A stretch of 64,000 nucleotides of DNA from Chthoniobacteraceae bacterium (GCA_031409335.1 JANNWY010000170.1:64001-128000); one strand, 5' to 3'; positions 9,525 to 21,487 are shown, counted from the stretch's first letter. Numbers and translations: made by a program. Notes: generated from the sequence alone by a model not told the origin.

Positions 9525-10241
9525 TTCGAGATAGAGATCCACCGTCGTCACCACCCGCACGCTTTTCCTGTCCGGCGAGCTGCCGTCCACGTCCTCGATT
9601 TCAAACGGGCCCTGCACGGCGTGGCGGATGCGGCCGATGCGGCTGCCGGAGTCGCCGGCGAATTTCTCCGCGGCGATGCGCGCGTTCTTGTTCGCCTCCT
9701 GGATCATGGCGGGTTTGATTTCATTGAGCCCGGTGTAGAGGAACTGCGCGCGCCCCGAGGCGAGGAGGATGCCCTGCTGCACGAGCTTGTCGCAGTTTTC
9801 GAGCGCGTTTATCACCGCGGCAATTTTGTTTGTGCGAAGCAGCACGGTCACCGTGGCGTCGTAGTGCGGCGGCGGCGGCGGGCCGTCGTCCTTCTCCTTC
9901 GCGCCGGGGCGCACCTCGCGCATATTCGGCGGGGAATTGGAGATCTCCGTCGCGTCGAAGCCGGATTCCTTCAGGAAGGCGTGAATGATTTCGCGCGACT
10001 TCACGAGCCTCTCCTGGAGCTTGCCGAGGTTTTCCTCGGTGAGCGTGAAGGTGACTGGCCAGACGACGGTGTTCGCGGGCACCTCGCGCTCGGAGAGGCC
10101 CTTCACCGTCACGTATTCGTCGAGCCGCTTGTAGCTGCGCGCCGCGTGGCCGAGGAGCAAGGCAAAGAGCGCTAATCCGAGGATGAAGGAAATGCCGATG
10201 ATGCCGGCACCGGATCGCATGGGTTTTGGTTGGTCGTTCAT
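9522..10241 (-). CDS. SIMPL domain (DUF541) protein
   Basis: N-terminal TM segment, then YVTVKGLSEREVPAN..W, LNEIKPAMIQEA.KNAR.AAEKFA.DSGS.IG.IR.A.QG.F.I and KSVRVVTTV. Confidence 0.85.
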   Translation of the reverse strand: MNDQPKPMRSGAGIIGISFILGLALFALLLGHAARSYKRLDEYVTVKGLSEREVPANTVVWPVTFTLTEENLGKLQERLVKSREIIHAFLKESGFDATEISNSPPNMREVRPGAKEKDDGPPPPPHYDATVTVLLRTNKIAAVINALENCDKLVQQGILLASGRAQFLYTGLNEIKPAMIQEANKNARIAAEKFAGDSGSRIGRIRHAVQGPFEIEDVDGSSPDRKSVRVVTTVDLYLE

Positions 10242-10349
10242 GTGGGTGAATACGTGGATGCGCGCGGATTCTTTCAACGGAAAGCAAATTTTTTAACTAG
10301 CGCCATGTCGGGCAGGAAATTTGCCAACGAAAAAAACGACGGGGCACTC

Positions 10350-11705
10350 TCAGCGCATGGCGGCTTTGAGTTCCGCGAAGCGGCGGCGCATCTCGGTGAG
10401 TCTCTCATGTTGCGCGGGGTCGGCGATGAGGTCATTTTCTTCCGAAGGGTCAGCCTTCAAGTCGAAGAGTTGCTCACGTTTGAAGTCGGGCCAGAAAAAA
10501 TACTTCGCGTCCTTGCGCACGAGTGCTTCCGAGGAGGGGATGAAGCTCGTGTTTTTGATCGTCGCGTGCTCGTAGAAAAACTCCGCGCGCCATTCGGGCC
10601 TCGTCGCGGCGAGGTAGAGCGGCGCGAGGTCGCGGCCCTGCATGGTGATGGGTGCCTGGATGCCGGTGGCGGCGAGGATGGTGGGAGCCAAGTCCACGTT
10701 CAGCGCGAAGTCATCATTGGTCTGTCCGCGCGCGGCCTTACCCATGCGGGGATCGCGCACGATCAGCGGCACGCGGATACTTTCCTCGTGCGGATACCAT
10801 TTGTCGGCGAGGCCGTGCTCGGCGTGGAAGTAGCCATTGTCGCCGGTGAAAATGACGAGCGTATTGTCGAGCAAACCCTGCTTCTTCAACTCCGCCAGCA
10901 CGCGCCCGCACGTCGCATCCACCTCGGTCGCGAGACGGTAGTAGTTCTTCATCATCGCCTGGTATTTCTCCGGCGTGTCGAAACGCCAGTGCCAGCGAGC
11001 GCGGCCTTCGTTCTTCTCATTCGCGATGAAAGGCGGGAGCCGCCGGAAGGACTCATCTGTCGCGTTCGGCGGCACGGGAATGGTCACGTCCTGATATAGC
11101 TTCATGCTTTCCGGCTGGGGTAGATATTGCAGCGGATTTCCGTCCTCCGCATGGATGGCGAAAAACGCGAGTGTGAGACAGAACGGCTTGTCCGCAGGCC
11201 GCGTGCGCAGGAACTCCAACGCATCGTTTTCGTTCTTCTGCGTGACGTGGATCTTCGTGCCGTCGGCCTGCTTCAGCCAATGGGTTCCGGAGTAGGCGCG
11301 TCCGAAGTCAAAGTTCCCGGCGGGGAACTTCCCATTGTGCCATTTCCCGATATGTCCCACGTAGTAGCCATTCGCGCGCAACAGGCCGGGATAAGTCTCC
11401 GTCCACGGTGTCTTGAACATCGCAAACGCCGGATTCCCATGCCGCGACATCCATTGCCCCGTGAACAGCGACGCCCGGCTCACCCCGCAAATCGCCGTCG
11501 TCACGCAGGCATGGGTAAAGCGCATTCCCTCGCTGGCTAACTGGTCGAGATGCGGCGTCTTGACGACCGGGTTCCCCGCGCAGCCGAGTGTGTTGTAGCG
11601 CCAGTCGTCGGCGTAGAGGACGAGAATGTTCAGCGGCTTTTCCGCGGCGGTGGCGGGCGGGCAGAGGAAGCTCAGCAGCGTTGCGAGAACGATGAGCGGT
11701 TTCAT
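10350..11705 (-). CDS. Secreted sulfatase (formylglycine-dependent)
   Basis: Signal peptide; NIL..YADD, C-G-V-S-R (CxxxR), [31 protein letters not shown]. Confidence 0.92.
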   Translation of the reverse strand: MKPLIVLATLLSFLCPPATAAEKPLNILVLYADDWRYNTLGCAGNPVVKTPHLDQLASEGMRFTHACVTTAICGVSRASLFTGQWMSRHGNPAFAMFKTPWTETYPGLLRANGYYVGHIGKWHNGKFPAGNFDFGRAYSGTHWLKQADGTKIHVTQKNENDALEFLRTRPADKPFCLTLAFFAIHAEDGNPLQYLPQPESMKLYQDVTIPVPPNATDESFRRLPPFIANEKNEGRARWHWRFDTPEKYQAMMKNYYRLATEVDATCGRVLAELKKQGLLDNTLVIFTGDNGYFHAEHGLADKWYPHEESIRVPLIVRDPRMGKAARGQTNDDFALNVDLAPTILAATGIQAPITMQGRDLAPLYLAATRPEWRAEFFYEHATIKNTSFIPSSEALVRKDAKYFFWPDFKREQLFDLKADPSEENDLIADPAQHERLTEMRRRFAELKAAMR

Positions 11706-14326
11706 GGCTGGAACATCGCATGAGTCTTGTCTCCTCCACTTAGGACGTAGGCGAGCAGGTCGAGGACTTCCTCCTTGGTCAGCATGTTCAGCAGCATTGG
11801 CGGCATCGGTGAGATTTTACTGGGTTCGATGCTCTTCACTTGCTTGCGATCGACGTTCACCCGCTGGTTGGGATCACTCAGATCGGTATTCAGTGTAACA
11901 CCGTCACCACTGAGATTCACGACGACGCCGGAGAGGATGTCGCCATCGTTCTTGGTCACGATGATGGGTGCGAACTGCTCGTTGATCTCCTTGCTGGGAT
12001 TGATGATCTGATCGAGCAAGTCGTGCGGGCTGTAGCGTCCGCCTGCACCGGTGAGATCGGGGCCGGTCATGCCGCCGGCATTGCCAAAGCGGTGGCAGGT
12101 ATAGCACGCGGATGCGGTGAACATTGTACGGCCGGTGGCGAACGTGCGGTTCTTCATGCCAGTCTTCGCAGCGGCACTGAGTTCATCGAGCGTCCACATG
12201 GTGGGAGTGCGTCCACTGAAAATCGCGCCGACGTTTTCGATGGCGGATTTGGCCTCCGGTTTCCTGGCGATGAGTTCGGCAAAGTGCGCGGTTTCCGCGG
12301 GCGTGAAGGTGGCGAGCGAGTCTTTGCGGATGAAGTCGATGAAGATGGCGAAGCTACTTCCGCCCTTGTAGTTCGCCGCCTTGAGGAACCATTCGAGCTG
12401 CTGGGTGCGCAGTGCGTTCGTCCAGCCAGTCTTTAACATGCGCAGGCTGCGTGCGTATTCGATCTGCGGCTCCTGACTCTCCGCGGCGGCGATGAGAGCC
12501 ATGCCTTTCGTCGCGGTGTTCGGCGCTTGCAGGTGAGCGAGGGTTTCGATGAGCAGCCAGTTTAACTCGAAGCTATCGGCGGGAAACGCGGGATCGAGCT
12601 TGGCGATGATCGCGGCGATGGTGGCGTCGTTGGGTTTGCCAAAGCGATTGAGCACGATCTCGGTGAGGCGCACGTGGGCGAGGCGTTGCTCCGGGGTGAG
12701 TTTGCCAAAGTCGTGCTTCAGCAGCGCAGCGAGGACGGCGTCGCGTGTTTTCTCATCCGTCTTATAGGACGTATTGGACTCATTCGACCTATGCGTCGGA
12801 CAGACGCCCACGCGGCGGGTAAGTGCGAGCAGGGCCTCGAGCTGGCTGGTGATGTCGGTTTCCGCGAGCGCTTTGTTTTCCCACCCGGCGAGCGGCTGAT
12901 GCTCGATCGCGGTGCGCGCGGCGGCGCGGATGAAGCGATCGTTGTGTCCGAGATGCGGCCAGGCGGTGGGGATGGCTTGCGGGTCTTGCTTGCCGTGGAA
13001 GGCGGCGAGGCTTCGGCGTAGCGCGGTGGCTTTGTCGGATGGGTCAGATAGGTCTGACGCCACGGCGCTTTCCGTCCCCGTGTAAGTCACGCGGTAAAGC
13101 CCCGATTGCACGCGCCGGCCGCCGATGGCGAAATACATCGCGCCATCTTTGTGGATGATCGCGTCCGTGACCGGCAGCGGGCCGCCGGTGACGAATTCTT
13201 CCTTCGTCGCGCGGTAGCTCGCACCGTCCCGCTTCAAATGAACCGCGTAGATTTTGCCCCAACTCCAATCGAGCACGAACAAGGCTTCCTGGTACTTCGC
13301 GGGAAACTTCGCGCCGTAGCCAAACGTCGTGCCAGTGGGTGATCCGGGGCCGATGTTCAGCGTGGCGGGAAGGTTGTCGTAGTAAAATTCAGGATACTTT
13401 CCCGCACCGTTGCGCCAGCCAAATTCCGCGCCGCTGACGACGTGATTGATCCGCGTGGGCCGATACCACGAAGTGTTGAAATCATACTCCATGTCCGCAT
13501 CGTAAGTGAATAGTTCGCCATCCCGATTCACGCTCGCGTCAAAAATATTGCGAAAGCCGGACGCGAAAATCTCGAACTCCTTCCCATCCGGCGAGACGCG
13601 ATAAATGATGCCGCCGGGAGCCATGACGTGGCGGTTGTGACCGCGACCATCCGGCATCCGCGGGAGAAGGTGGTCGTCGCCCCACAGCTTTGGCACCGGC
13701 GAAGTCGCGGTGGTTTCCGTGAGGATGGCATTGTTGCCGCAGACGAGATACAGACCCTTGCCATCGGGTGTGAGCACCACGGCATGGACGCCGTGATCAC
13801 CCTTGGAATCGAAACCGCGCAAGAGTTCCACCTTGTCGAGTTGGTCGTCGTCATCGCCATCGGAGATGCGATACAGCCCGCTCTTGATCTTCTGCTCGTA
13901 GTCATTCACGCCGACATAGAGCGCGCCAAAGGCGAACAGCATCCCATTCACCGCGCGGATGTCTGCGGGCACTTTTTGCACCTTCGCCGGATCGAGCGGC
14001 TGCCCGGTTGGCGGTGGAGTAAAGCGATAGAGCCCGCCGTATTGATCGCTGGCATAGATGCGGCCCTTGTCGTCGCTGCAAAGATTTACCCAAGATCCCT
14101 GCTCGCCGCCAGGCACGGAATAGAGCAGCTCCACTTTGAAATCCTTCGCCGCCTTGATGCGCGCGACCGGCGTCGCGGTGTTTTCCCCGATGGCTTCACC
14201 GACGGCGTCCTGCTTCTTAGGCCGCGGCTTCGCCACGCGACCCGGCGCCGACTCTTGTGCGGATCCCACGTGGACCGCGCACCATGCGATGGTGCCGTAA
14301 GTGAGGATGAATTGGCTGTATTTCAT
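11702..14326 (-). CDS. PVC-type membrane-bound dehydrogenase / heme-binding CxxCH protein
   Basis: Beta-propeller-like N-terminus ([28 protein letters not shown]), HEAT-like middle, C-terminal CYTCH...GPDLT...PSKEI...SPMP. Confidence 0.85.
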   Translation of the reverse strand: MKYSQFILTYGTIAWCAVHVGSAQESAPGRVAKPRPKKQDAVGEAIGENTATPVARIKAAKDFKVELLYSVPGGEQGSWVNLCSDDKGRIYASDQYGGLYRFTPPPTGQPLDPAKVQKVPADIRAVNGMLFAFGALYVGVNDYEQKIKSGLYRISDGDDDDQLDKVELLRGFDSKGDHGVHAVVLTPDGKGLYLVCGNNAILTETTATSPVPKLWGDDHLLPRMPDGRGHNRHVMAPGGIIYRVSPDGKEFEIFASGFRNIFDASVNRDGELFTYDADMEYDFNTSWYRPTRINHVVSGAEFGWRNGAGKYPEFYYDNLPATLNIGPGSPTGTTFGYGAKFPAKYQEALFVLDWSWGKIYAVHLKRDGASYRATKEEFVTGGPLPVTDAIIHKDGAMYFAIGGRRVQSGLYRVTYTGTESAVASDLSDPSDKATALRRSLAAFHGKQDPQAIPTAWPHLGHNDRFIRAAARTAIEHQPLAGWENKALAETDITSQLEALLALTRRVGVCPTHRSNESNTSYKTDEKTRDAVLAALLKHDFGKLTPEQRLAHVRLTEIVLNRFGKPNDATIAAIIAKLDPAFPADSFELNWLLIETLAHLQAPNTATKGMALIAAAESQEPQIEYARSLRMLKTGWTNALRTQQLEWFLKAANYKGGSSFAIFIDFIRKDSLATFTPAETAHFAELIARKPEAKSAIENVGAIFSGRTPTMWTLDELSAAAKTGMKNRTFATGRTMFTASACYTCHRFGNAGGMTGPDLTGAGGRYSPHDLLDQIINPSKEINEQFAPIIVTKNDGDILSGVVVNLSGDGVTLNTDLSDPNQRVNVDRKQVKSIEPSKISPMPPMLLNMLTKEEVLDLLAYVLSGGDKTHAMFQP

Positions 14327-14629
14327 GGGTTATATTTTCGCGGGCACTGGTTTGGATTTCATTCGTCATCCGGCGCTTTTGCGTCGGGAGAATAGGTCTG
14401 GTTTTGTCGAGGTCACGGCTGTTCTTCATCGCGCGCACGGTTTCGATGCGGGGCGCACCCCGCGAGGTGCTTACCATTGCCGCTTTTTACAGGAGCGGAC
14501 GTAGGCGGCGGCGAAAAAATGAAGATGCGCGCGCTCCGTAAGATCATGCGCGGAAAACTTTCGACTAGCAAATCGCGGATAGCGCGGCGGATTGGCAATG
14601 CGACTGGAATTGAGTCTGGCCGCGCGCCG

Positions 14630-16813
14630 CTAAGTCCTGCTCTTCCCCCGCTTGCCTTTCACGTAAGTCACAGGCCGCCGCTTCGGTTCGATCTTGGAAA
14701 TGCCGGTGCCGGTTTTGAGTTCGGCGATTTGGTCGCGGAGCAGGGCGGCTTTTTCGTATTCGAGATTGCCGGAGGCGATGAGCATTTCCTGCTCTAGTTC
14801 GCGCAGGGTTTCGCTGAGGGAAAAATCGCCGCCGCCTTCGCGCACTACATTTTCCTCGATCTGCCGAGCGCGCAGGATGGTGTGCAGGCTTTCCTGCACG
14901 GCGCGCTGCACGCTGCGCGGCGTGATGCCGTGTTTTTCGTTGTACTCAAGTTGCTTGGCGCGGCGGTATTCGGTGATCGCCAGAAGCGCGTCCATGCTTT
15001 TCGTCACGGTGTCGGCGAAGAGATAAACTTCGCCGTTCACATGCCTCGCGGCGCGACCTGCGGTTTGGATGAGCGAAGTCTGTGAGCGCAGGTAGCCTTC
15101 CTTGTCGGCATCCAGGATACAGACGAGTGAGACTTCGGGTAAGTCCAAGCCTTCGCGGAGAAGGTTGATGCCGACTAACACATCGAACTCCGCCGCTCGG
15201 AGGGCACGCAGGATTTCCACGCGTTCGATGGTGTCGATGTCGCTGTGCAGGTAGCGCACTTTTAAGCCGACTTCGCGGAAGTAATCGGAGAGATCTTCGG
15301 CGGTGCGTTTCGTGAGGGTGGTAATAAGAACGCGCTCGTTTTTCTCGATGCGCTGACGGCAAAGCTCGAGCGTCTCGTCGATCTGCGACTTGAGCGGGCG
15401 GATGGTGATGCGTGGATCGAGCAGGCCGGTCGGGCGGATGATTTGCTCGACGACCAGCGGCGCGCCGGGCGTGTGGACATCGAATTTTTCCACCGGCGCA
15501 TCCGTGCGCGACAACTTCGGCGCAGTGCCAGGGAGCACGAATGGGATGGCTTCCTCTTCGCCGATGCGGTCGCGTTTGTGGGGAAAGTATTCGGCGTTTC
15601 CGACGATGGAGTTTTTGATCTCAAACTCCGCCGGGGTCGCGCTGATGTAGAGCGCCTGGCCGGTACGCTCCATGAATTCGGGGAAGCGCAGCGGGCGATT
15701 GTCGAGCGCGCTGGGCAGGCGGAAGCCGTAATCGACGAGCGTGGTTTTGCGCGACTTGTCGCCTTCGTACATGCCACCGATTTGGGGAATGCTCGCGTGC
15801 GACTCATCGACGACGAGCAGGAAATCGCGCGGGAAGAAATCCAGCAGCGTGAAGGGTCGTGAGCCGGGCGGACGTCCGCTGAGATGGCGCGAGTAGTTCT
15901 CGATGCCGCTGCAAAAGCCCATCTCCTGCATCATCTCGAGATCGTATTCCGTGCGCTGCTTTAGCCGCTGCGCTTCGAGGAGTTTGCCCTGCTTTTCCAA
16001 CTCGATGATGCGTGCGTCCAGTTCCACGCGGATCGTCCCCATCGCGACGCGCATCTTTTCGTACGGCGTCACGAATTGCTTCGCCGGATACAGCGTGGTC
16101 ATCGTGATCTGCTCATACACATGCCCCGTGAGCGGCTCGAAGCGTGTGATGCGGTCAATCTCGTCGCCGAAAAATTCGATGCGGATTCCCTCCTCGTCCA
16201 AGTTCGCCGGCTGCACTTCCACCACATCGCCGCGCACGCGAAATCTGCCGCGTTCAAAGGCGATGTCATTCCGCTGGTAAAGCATCTCCACCAGCTTCGC
16301 GAGCACGCCCTCACGCGAGATGGTCTGCCCGACTTTCAGCGTCAGCAGCATGTTCATATAGTCTTCCGGTGAACCCAGGCCGTAGATACACGATACGCTC
16401 GCGATCACGATCACATCCTTCCGCGAAAGCAGCGAGGAAGTCGTCGAAAGCCGCAGCCTTTCAATCTCCTCGTTAATACTCGAATCCTTCTCGATATAGG
16501 TATCGGTGCGCGGGATGTAAGCCTCGGGCTGATAGTAGTCGAAGTAACTCACGAAATACTCGACCGCGTTTTCCGGGAAGAACTGTTTGAACTCGGAGTA
16601 AAGCTGCGCGGCGAGGGTCTTGTTGTGCGAGATCACCAGCGTCGGCTTTTCCACATCGCGGATCACATTCGCCGCCGTGAAAGTCTTCCCCGACCCCGTC
16701 ACGCCGAGCAGCGTCTGATGCCGGTTCCCCGCGAGGATCGACTTGCTCAGCTTCGCGATGGCCTGCGCCTGGTCGCCCTTGGGCTGGTAGTTGGAAGCGA
16801 GTGAAAAGGACAT
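14630..16813 (-). CDS. uvrB: Excinuclease ABC subunit B
   Basis: [60 protein letters not shown]-terminal UVR domain ([12 protein letters not shown]). Confidence 0.98.
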   Translation of the reverse strand: MSFSLASNYQPKGDQAQAIAKLSKSILAGNRHQTLLGVTGSGKTFTAANVIRDVEKPTLVISHNKTLAAQLYSEFKQFFPENAVEYFVSYFDYYQPEAYIPRTDTYIEKDSSINEEIERLRLSTTSSLLSRKDVIVIASVSCIYGLGSPEDYMNMLLTLKVGQTISREGVLAKLVEMLYQRNDIAFERGRFRVRGDVVEVQPANLDEEGIRIEFFGDEIDRITRFEPLTGHVYEQITMTTLYPAKQFVTPYEKMRVAMGTIRVELDARIIELEKQGKLLEAQRLKQRTEYDLEMMQEMGFCSGIENYSRHLSGRPPGSRPFTLLDFFPRDFLLVVDESHASIPQIGGMYEGDKSRKTTLVDYGFRLPSALDNRPLRFPEFMERTGQALYISATPAEFEIKNSIVGNAEYFPHKRDRIGEEEAIPFVLPGTAPKLSRTDAPVEKFDVHTPGAPLVVEQIIRPTGLLDPRITIRPLKSQIDETLELCRQRIEKNERVLITTLTKRTAEDLSDYFREVGLKVRYLHSDIDTIERVEILRALRAAEFDVLVGINLLREGLDLPEVSLVCILDADKEGYLRSQTSLIQTAGRAARHVNGEVYLFADTVTKSMDALLAITEYRRAKQLEYNEKHGITPRSVQRAVQESLHTILRARQIEENVVREGGGDFSLSETLRELEQEMLIASGNLEYEKAALLRDQIAELKTGTGISKIEPKRRPVTYVKGKRGKSRT

Positions 16814-16843
16814 TCGCGCAGCGTAATGCGGCGCGAGTGCGAA

Positions 16844-19204
16844 TCAATGACCGCGGCGCACCCGACGCGAGCCGAGCCATCCCGCGCCGATCAAGAGCAA
16901 TGCGACGGTGCCCGGTTCGGGCACAACGGGGACCGTCGCCGGATCGACGGGCTTGAGGCCGTGCCGATCATATTGCTGCTGCGTTTCCAGAACGACTGCG
17001 CCGCTCACGGGCGTGACGAGTTGGAGTTGCACCGCGAGCTTTTCCGCCTCCTCCCGCTGCGTGGGCGTGACGCGCATCCGCTCGATTTCCTCGCGCCCCC
17101 ACAAACGCGCCACATGCCGGTCAGCAGCCTTCGCCGGGCCGGTGATTTCTGAGCGCGGGATGCGCTCGCGCTCCACGACGTAGCGATTCGCGCGACCCGC
17201 CCAGCGATCGAGCAGCAGCGCCAGCCGATCTGCCGCTTTCCAGCCATCGAGCACGCGATGCCACGTGACGAGCGTGTCGATTTTTTCGGCGATGCGATTG
17301 GGGCCGGTGCCGATGTCGATGTCGAAGATTCTCGGATGCGGTTCATCGCTGGCAAAGCTTTCGATCAGCGGATTGATTTCGCCGAGCAGGACGGGCTGCG
17401 TCCCGTGAATCCAGACGATGCCCGCGTCGGATTCTCCGCGCAGTTTTTGCCACGCGGCAGTGAGTGCGGGCACGTTGGCGCGCCCACCGATGCACTCGTG
17501 CATTTGCAGCCAGTCTTTCAGCGGCCCAGTTTTTGGCTCCCACGCGGAGATGGCGTCGCCTGCAAAAAACACCAAGTCCGGCGCGTGTTCCGTCTTTGCG
17601 GCCAGTTCGATCAGTCCCTTGAAATGCGGACGCATTTCGCGTGAGCCGTCGATGACCCAGGCGACCTTTTTCGGACGCGCGCTTTTTTCCACCCGGACCG
17701 TCTGCCGGATAGCGGAGGCCGGATCGGCGGGATCGTCCGTGGCGGAATCGCTGGCGCTTTCCGGCAGCGCGATGAGGAGCGGCGTGGCTTCTTGAAAGGC
17801 ACGGTCGCGGAGTTCGCGGAGCGCGGTGGTGCTGCCGCCGATGAAAGGCACGTTCGACTCGATCTTCGCGTGATGGGCGAGGCCGCTGGCGGATGCAAAA
17901 TTCGTCTCTATCAAACGCGGCCAATCGACCGCGCCGCCGCGCGCGGCGGTGAGCCGGACGGGCGCGGTGATACCGATGCGAATCTTCATCTCGCCGCCAT
18001 CCGCCGGGACGGGAAAGCACTGCATGAGGATGCGATCCGGCCCACAAGTATTGACCAGCACAGGATCGCGCCGCTGCACCACGGCGATCTCCCGATACGC
18101 CGCGCGCACCTGCTCGCGACTGCCAAACGCCGCCTCGCGCGGCTCGCCGCCGATCCACAAAGTCAGCCGCGAGACGACGCCGCCCGGCGGCAGTTCGATC
18201 TGCGCGCGCGCCTCGCTCGCGTCGCCCGCGATGTTTTTGAAAACCATCGTCCACTCCGTGTAGCTGGTGAGCCCGGTGGCATCGACTTTACCTTCGAGCT
18301 GCGAAGTTTCCATCGTGAGGCCCGCGACTTTTCCAGCGACGCGCTCGCCGCCGATGTGCTGGTCGAAATTGCGGATGCCCCGTCCGCTCCGACCCGTGAC
18401 GGAGACCGCCGAGGGAGCGGGCTTAGAATTGTACGGAACGCCCGTCACGCGGTAATAGACCTTCTGATTCGTCTCAAGGTCGCTCACGTTTGAAAACAGC
18501 CTGGCGTTCATGATGGTCGTCCACGGATCACTCGCCGTGCGATAGCAGACCTCCCGCATCGTGCGTTCACTGCCGATGTGGCGGAGCCATTGGATTGCAC
18601 TCGCCTGCTCCCCGGCTCCGCGCGCTGTGGAAGCTTTCTCGATGAGTGCACAGGTCGCCATTTCCCAGGCAAGCGGCAGAGCCAGCGCGGCGAATCCGAG
18701 CGTGAATCCGACGACGGGGCGTTTGTCGCGGGGCTGGAAAATCGGCGCTTTCCTGAGCGCATGCAGGTTTGCCGCAAACGCGAGGATCGGCGTGAGTGGA
18801 AGCAGCCCGAGACCGAGGAACACGAGGGCAATTCCCGCCATTGGCAGCATTGGCAGAAAGACGACCGTGTATGACAGCGAAACTGCCAGCGCAGCGGGGA
18901 GCAGGTATGGCAGCCACGCATCGGCGCGATTTCCAGAATGGTTGACTCTTTTGAACGCGAGGAAATTTGCCGCCGGCACGAGCGCCACGAGCAGCACATG
19001 CCACCACCTCGGGATGGGATCGAAGATGGCTCCTCCGCAAAAGTGTGTGAACAGCTCGAGCCCGAGCGTGAAGATCGGTAGCGCGATCCCGAACGCGACG
19101 AACCACGAGCCGAATGGCCGAATTGGCTTTCCTCGAAGTGGCGTGGGCGAAATGCTGGCGTGAGTTGGGGAACGATCGACGGCGGGAGAGGGGCGCTCAG
19201 TCAT
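16844..19204 (-). CDS. Integral membrane VIT-domain protein with PEP-CTERM sorting signal
   Basis: About 5 N-terminal TM segments, VIT motif (YTEWTMVFKN...EARAQIELPPGGVVSRLTLWIGGEPREAAF, RRDPVLV), LVTPVSGAVVLET, C-terminal VPEPGTVALLLIGAGWLGSRRVRR. Start taken as ATG 19204 because the upstream extension overlaps another gene. Confidence 0.8.
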   Translation of the reverse strand: MTERPSPAVDRSPTHASISPTPLRGKPIRPFGSWFVAFGIALPIFTLGLELFTHFCGGAIFDPIPRWWHVLLVALVPAANFLAFKRVNHSGNRADAWLPYLLPAALAVSLSYTVVFLPMLPMAGIALVFLGLGLLPLTPILAFAANLHALRKAPIFQPRDKRPVVGFTLGFAALALPLAWEMATCALIEKASTARGAGEQASAIQWLRHIGSERTMREVCYRTASDPWTTIMNARLFSNVSDLETNQKVYYRVTGVPYNSKPAPSAVSVTGRSGRGIRNFDQHIGGERVAGKVAGLTMETSQLEGKVDATGLTSYTEWTMVFKNIAGDASEARAQIELPPGGVVSRLTLWIGGEPREAAFGSREQVRAAYREIAVVQRRDPVLVNTCGPDRILMQCFPVPADGGEMKIRIGITAPVRLTAARGGAVDWPRLIETNFASASGLAHHAKIESNVPFIGGSTTALRELRDRAFQEATPLLIALPESASDSATDDPADPASAIRQTVRVEKSARPKKVAWVIDGSREMRPHFKGLIELAAKTEHAPDLVFFAGDAISAWEPKTGPLKDWLQMHECIGGRANVPALTAAWQKLRGESDAGIVWIHGTQPVLLGEINPLIESFASDEPHPRIFDIDIGTGPNRIAEKIDTLVTWHRVLDGWKAADRLALLLDRWAGRANRYVVERERIPRSEITGPAKAADRHVARLWGREEIERMRVTPTQREEAEKLAVQLQLVTPVSGAVVLETQQQYDRHGLKPVDPATVPVVPEPGTVALLLIGAGWLGSRRVRRGH

Positions 19205-19277
19205 GCGGGGAGGTTGGCACCTGCCGCAGTGCGGGCCAAGGGGGAATCTGTTCCCGGCAGCGAGGGCCTGGCCGAAA

Positions 19278-19832
19278 TCAAATCTCCGGGATGGATCGCC
19301 GGATTTCTTCAAAGCGCACCCATGTCCCGTGCTCGCGACACCATTTTTCGATGTAGCCGAAATCGAGCGCGTCTGCTTGGACGGCGATGATGTTACGGGC
19401 GTCGTCGAGATCCTTGCTGCGCGCCCAGCGGAGTTTTTGGATGACGAGATCCTCGGGCGCTGGCACCCAAAAGGTGCGGCCAATCGAGGACAAGGAGGCC
19501 TGCCGGCGACGCGTAAATTCCTCTTGATGGCGGGCATCGTCGGAAAGGTGAAACATCTCAACGCAAAAGTCCGAACCGACCACATTGATGATCCATCGAT
19601 AGCTCCCGGTGATGAGTTCCATTCGCGGCTGCGGGTCGATGAGGAAGTTGGCCGGCAGATGCTTCGCCACTTCTTCGATTCCACCCATTTTTACTCCGAG
19701 CAGGAAATCCGCATCCTTGGTCGTACGGGCAAATGTGTAACAATTAACGGCGAGGGCACCGACGATCACATAGTCAATTTTCGTTTACTCAACGGCAGTT
19801 AGCGCCGCGATCACGATTTCCTGCGACGTCAT
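19278..19832 (-). pseudogene. Nucleotidyltransferase-fold protein (DUF6036/MenT-like) interrupted by an in-frame TAA
   Basis: ATG 19832 overlaps the upstream stop (ATGA) and reads MTSQEIVIAALTAVE*TKIDYVIVGALAVNCYTFARTTKDADF. TAA at 19787-19785. Motifs R.T.D.D and PEDLVIQKLRWARSKDLDD are present. Confidence 0.7.
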
Positions 19833-20092
19833 TCTTTTGCGGGAATGCGCTTTGGAGAATAGATTCCCTCCTCGGATAGATACCGCTGAATGCGAAGACG
19901 CCGCTGCCATTGGCGCTGACGTTCCTCCAGCGAAGCGTCCGGAAACTGCATGTCCACTCCATCGCGACTTACCGAATAAGCGAAATCCGTGATTTCAAAC
20001 GTGCCGAGAAATCGTCGTTCAAGGCTTTGCGCCCGCGCATCCAGAATTTGCTCCCGGTAAAGCTGATCGATCAACGGCTGGAACTCGTTCAT
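19829..20092 (-). CDS. Small helical protein translationally coupled to the NTase (putative antitoxin partner)
   Basis: 87 aa from ATG 20092 (TTG 20128 is an alternative start). ...SRDGVDMQFPDAS.EE...RRL pattern resembles small partners found upstream of such NTases. Confidence 0.6.
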   Translation of the reverse strand: MNEFQPLIDQLYREQILDARAQSLERRFLGTFEITDFAYSVSRDGVDMQFPDASLEERQRQWQRRLRIQRYLSEEGIYSPKRIPAKE

Positions 20093-20181
20093 TTCCGCGA
20101 AGATTGCTTCCTTCGTCGCGGAACTCAATCGCAGACTCGCCTTCCGCCGACGCCTTCGCGTAAAAGCCGCGGCTCAAATCC

Positions 20182-21468
20182 ATGCGTTACTCACCAATCG
20201 ACCCAACTCTCTTCACCGAAAACCGCGCCCGTCTCAAGGCGCTCATGGAACCGCGCACCCTCGCGGTGGTGAATGCGAACGACATTCCCCCGACGAATGC
20301 CGATGGCACGATGCGGCTCGTTCAGAACTCGGACCTGTTTTACCTCACGGGCGTCGATCAGGAGGAAAGCGTGCTCGTGCTCTTTCCGGACGCGGTCGAT
20401 GAGAAGCAGCGCGAGATTCTTTTTCTGCGCGAGTCGAGCGAGCTGATCGCGATTTGGGAAGGCCACAAGCTCACCAAGGAAGAGGCGCAGAAACGCACGG
20501 GGATCAAGGAAGTGCGCTGGCTCACGGAGTTCCCCGTGCTGCTCCGGCAGCTCATGTGCGAATGCAGCGCGGTGTATCTGAATTCCAACGAACACAGCCG
20601 CGCGCAGCTCGTCGTCGAGACCCGCGATGCGCGGTTCATTCGCGAAACCCAGCGGCGGTTTCCCTTGCACCGATATCTCCGGCTCGCGCCGCTGATGCAC
20701 GGGCTGCGGCTCGTGAAATCGGCGCACGAAATCGACATGATCCGCAAGGCCTGCGCGCTGACGGAGAAAGGATTCCGGCGCGTCGCGAAATTCACGCAGC
20801 CCGGCGTGAACGAGATGGAGATCGAGGCGGAGTTTGCGCATGAGTTCATCCGCGGCGGCGGGAAATTTGCGTATGGGCCGATCATCGCGTCGGGCTCGAA
20901 TGCGTGCGCGCTGCATTACGAGGACAACGATCAGCGCTGCAAGAAGGGCCAGCTTCTGCTGCTCGATGTCGCGGCGAGCTACGGCAATTACATGTCCGAC
21001 CTGACGCGCACGATCCCGGTGAGCGGCAAGTTTTCGCGCCGGCAAAAGGAGATCTATCTCGCCGTCCTGCGCGTCCTGCGCGGCACGATCGCGCTCGCCG
21101 TCCCCGGCAAGATGCCAAAGGCGTGGCAGAAGGAAGCCGAGGCGCTGATGGAGAAAGAGCTGCTCGATCTCGGGCTGCTCAAACCTTCCGAAATCAAAAA
21201 GCAGGATCCCGACAAACCGGCGCTCAAAAAATATTTCATGCACGGAGTCGGCCATCCGATGGGCCTCGATGTCCACGATGTCACGCTCGCCCATCTGCCC
21301 TTTCAGGAAGGCTGGGTGCTCACCGTCGAGCCCGGCATTTACCTGAAGGATGAAGGCTTCGCGGTGCGCCTTGAAGACGACATCCTCGTGACTGCGCGCG
21401 GGCCGGTGAACTTGATGGAAAACATCCCGATCGAGCCTGGCGACATTGAGGATTTGATGAATCGCTGA
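20182..21468 (+). CDS. pepP: Xaa-Pro aminopeptidase (M24B)
   Basis: QNSDLFYLTG, LHY, LLLDVAA..GNYMSDLTRT, HGVGHPMGLDVHD, TVEPGIY, VRLEDD. Confidence 0.93.
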   Translation: MRYSPIDPTLFTENRARLKALMEPRTLAVVNANDIPPTNADGTMRLVQNSDLFYLTGVDQEESVLVLFPDAVDEKQREILFLRESSELIAIWEGHKLTKEEAQKRTGIKEVRWLTEFPVLLRQLMCECSAVYLNSNEHSRAQLVVETRDARFIRETQRRFPLHRYLRLAPLMHGLRLVKSAHEIDMIRKACALTEKGFRRVAKFTQPGVNEMEIEAEFAHEFIRGGGKFAYGPIIASGSNACALHYEDNDQRCKKGQLLLLDVAASYGNYMSDLTRTIPVSGKFSRRQKEIYLAVLRVLRGTIALAVPGKMPKAWQKEAEALMEKELLDLGLLKPSEIKKQDPDKPALKKYFMHGVGHPMGLDVHDVTLAHLPFQEGWVLTVEPGIYLKDEGFAVRLEDDILVTARGPVNLMENIPIEPGDIEDLMNR

Positions 21469-21487
21469 GCGGCATCGGGAACTCGCC

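Noticed and set aside
15455..15615. Intein in UvrB
   Set aside because: Too short, with no Cys/Ser start or His-Asn end motifs.
19205..19684. 160-aa N-terminal extension of the VIT/PEP-CTERM ORF
   Set aside because: It overlaps the NTase gene in another frame and has no protein-like features; ATG 19204 is the more plausible start.
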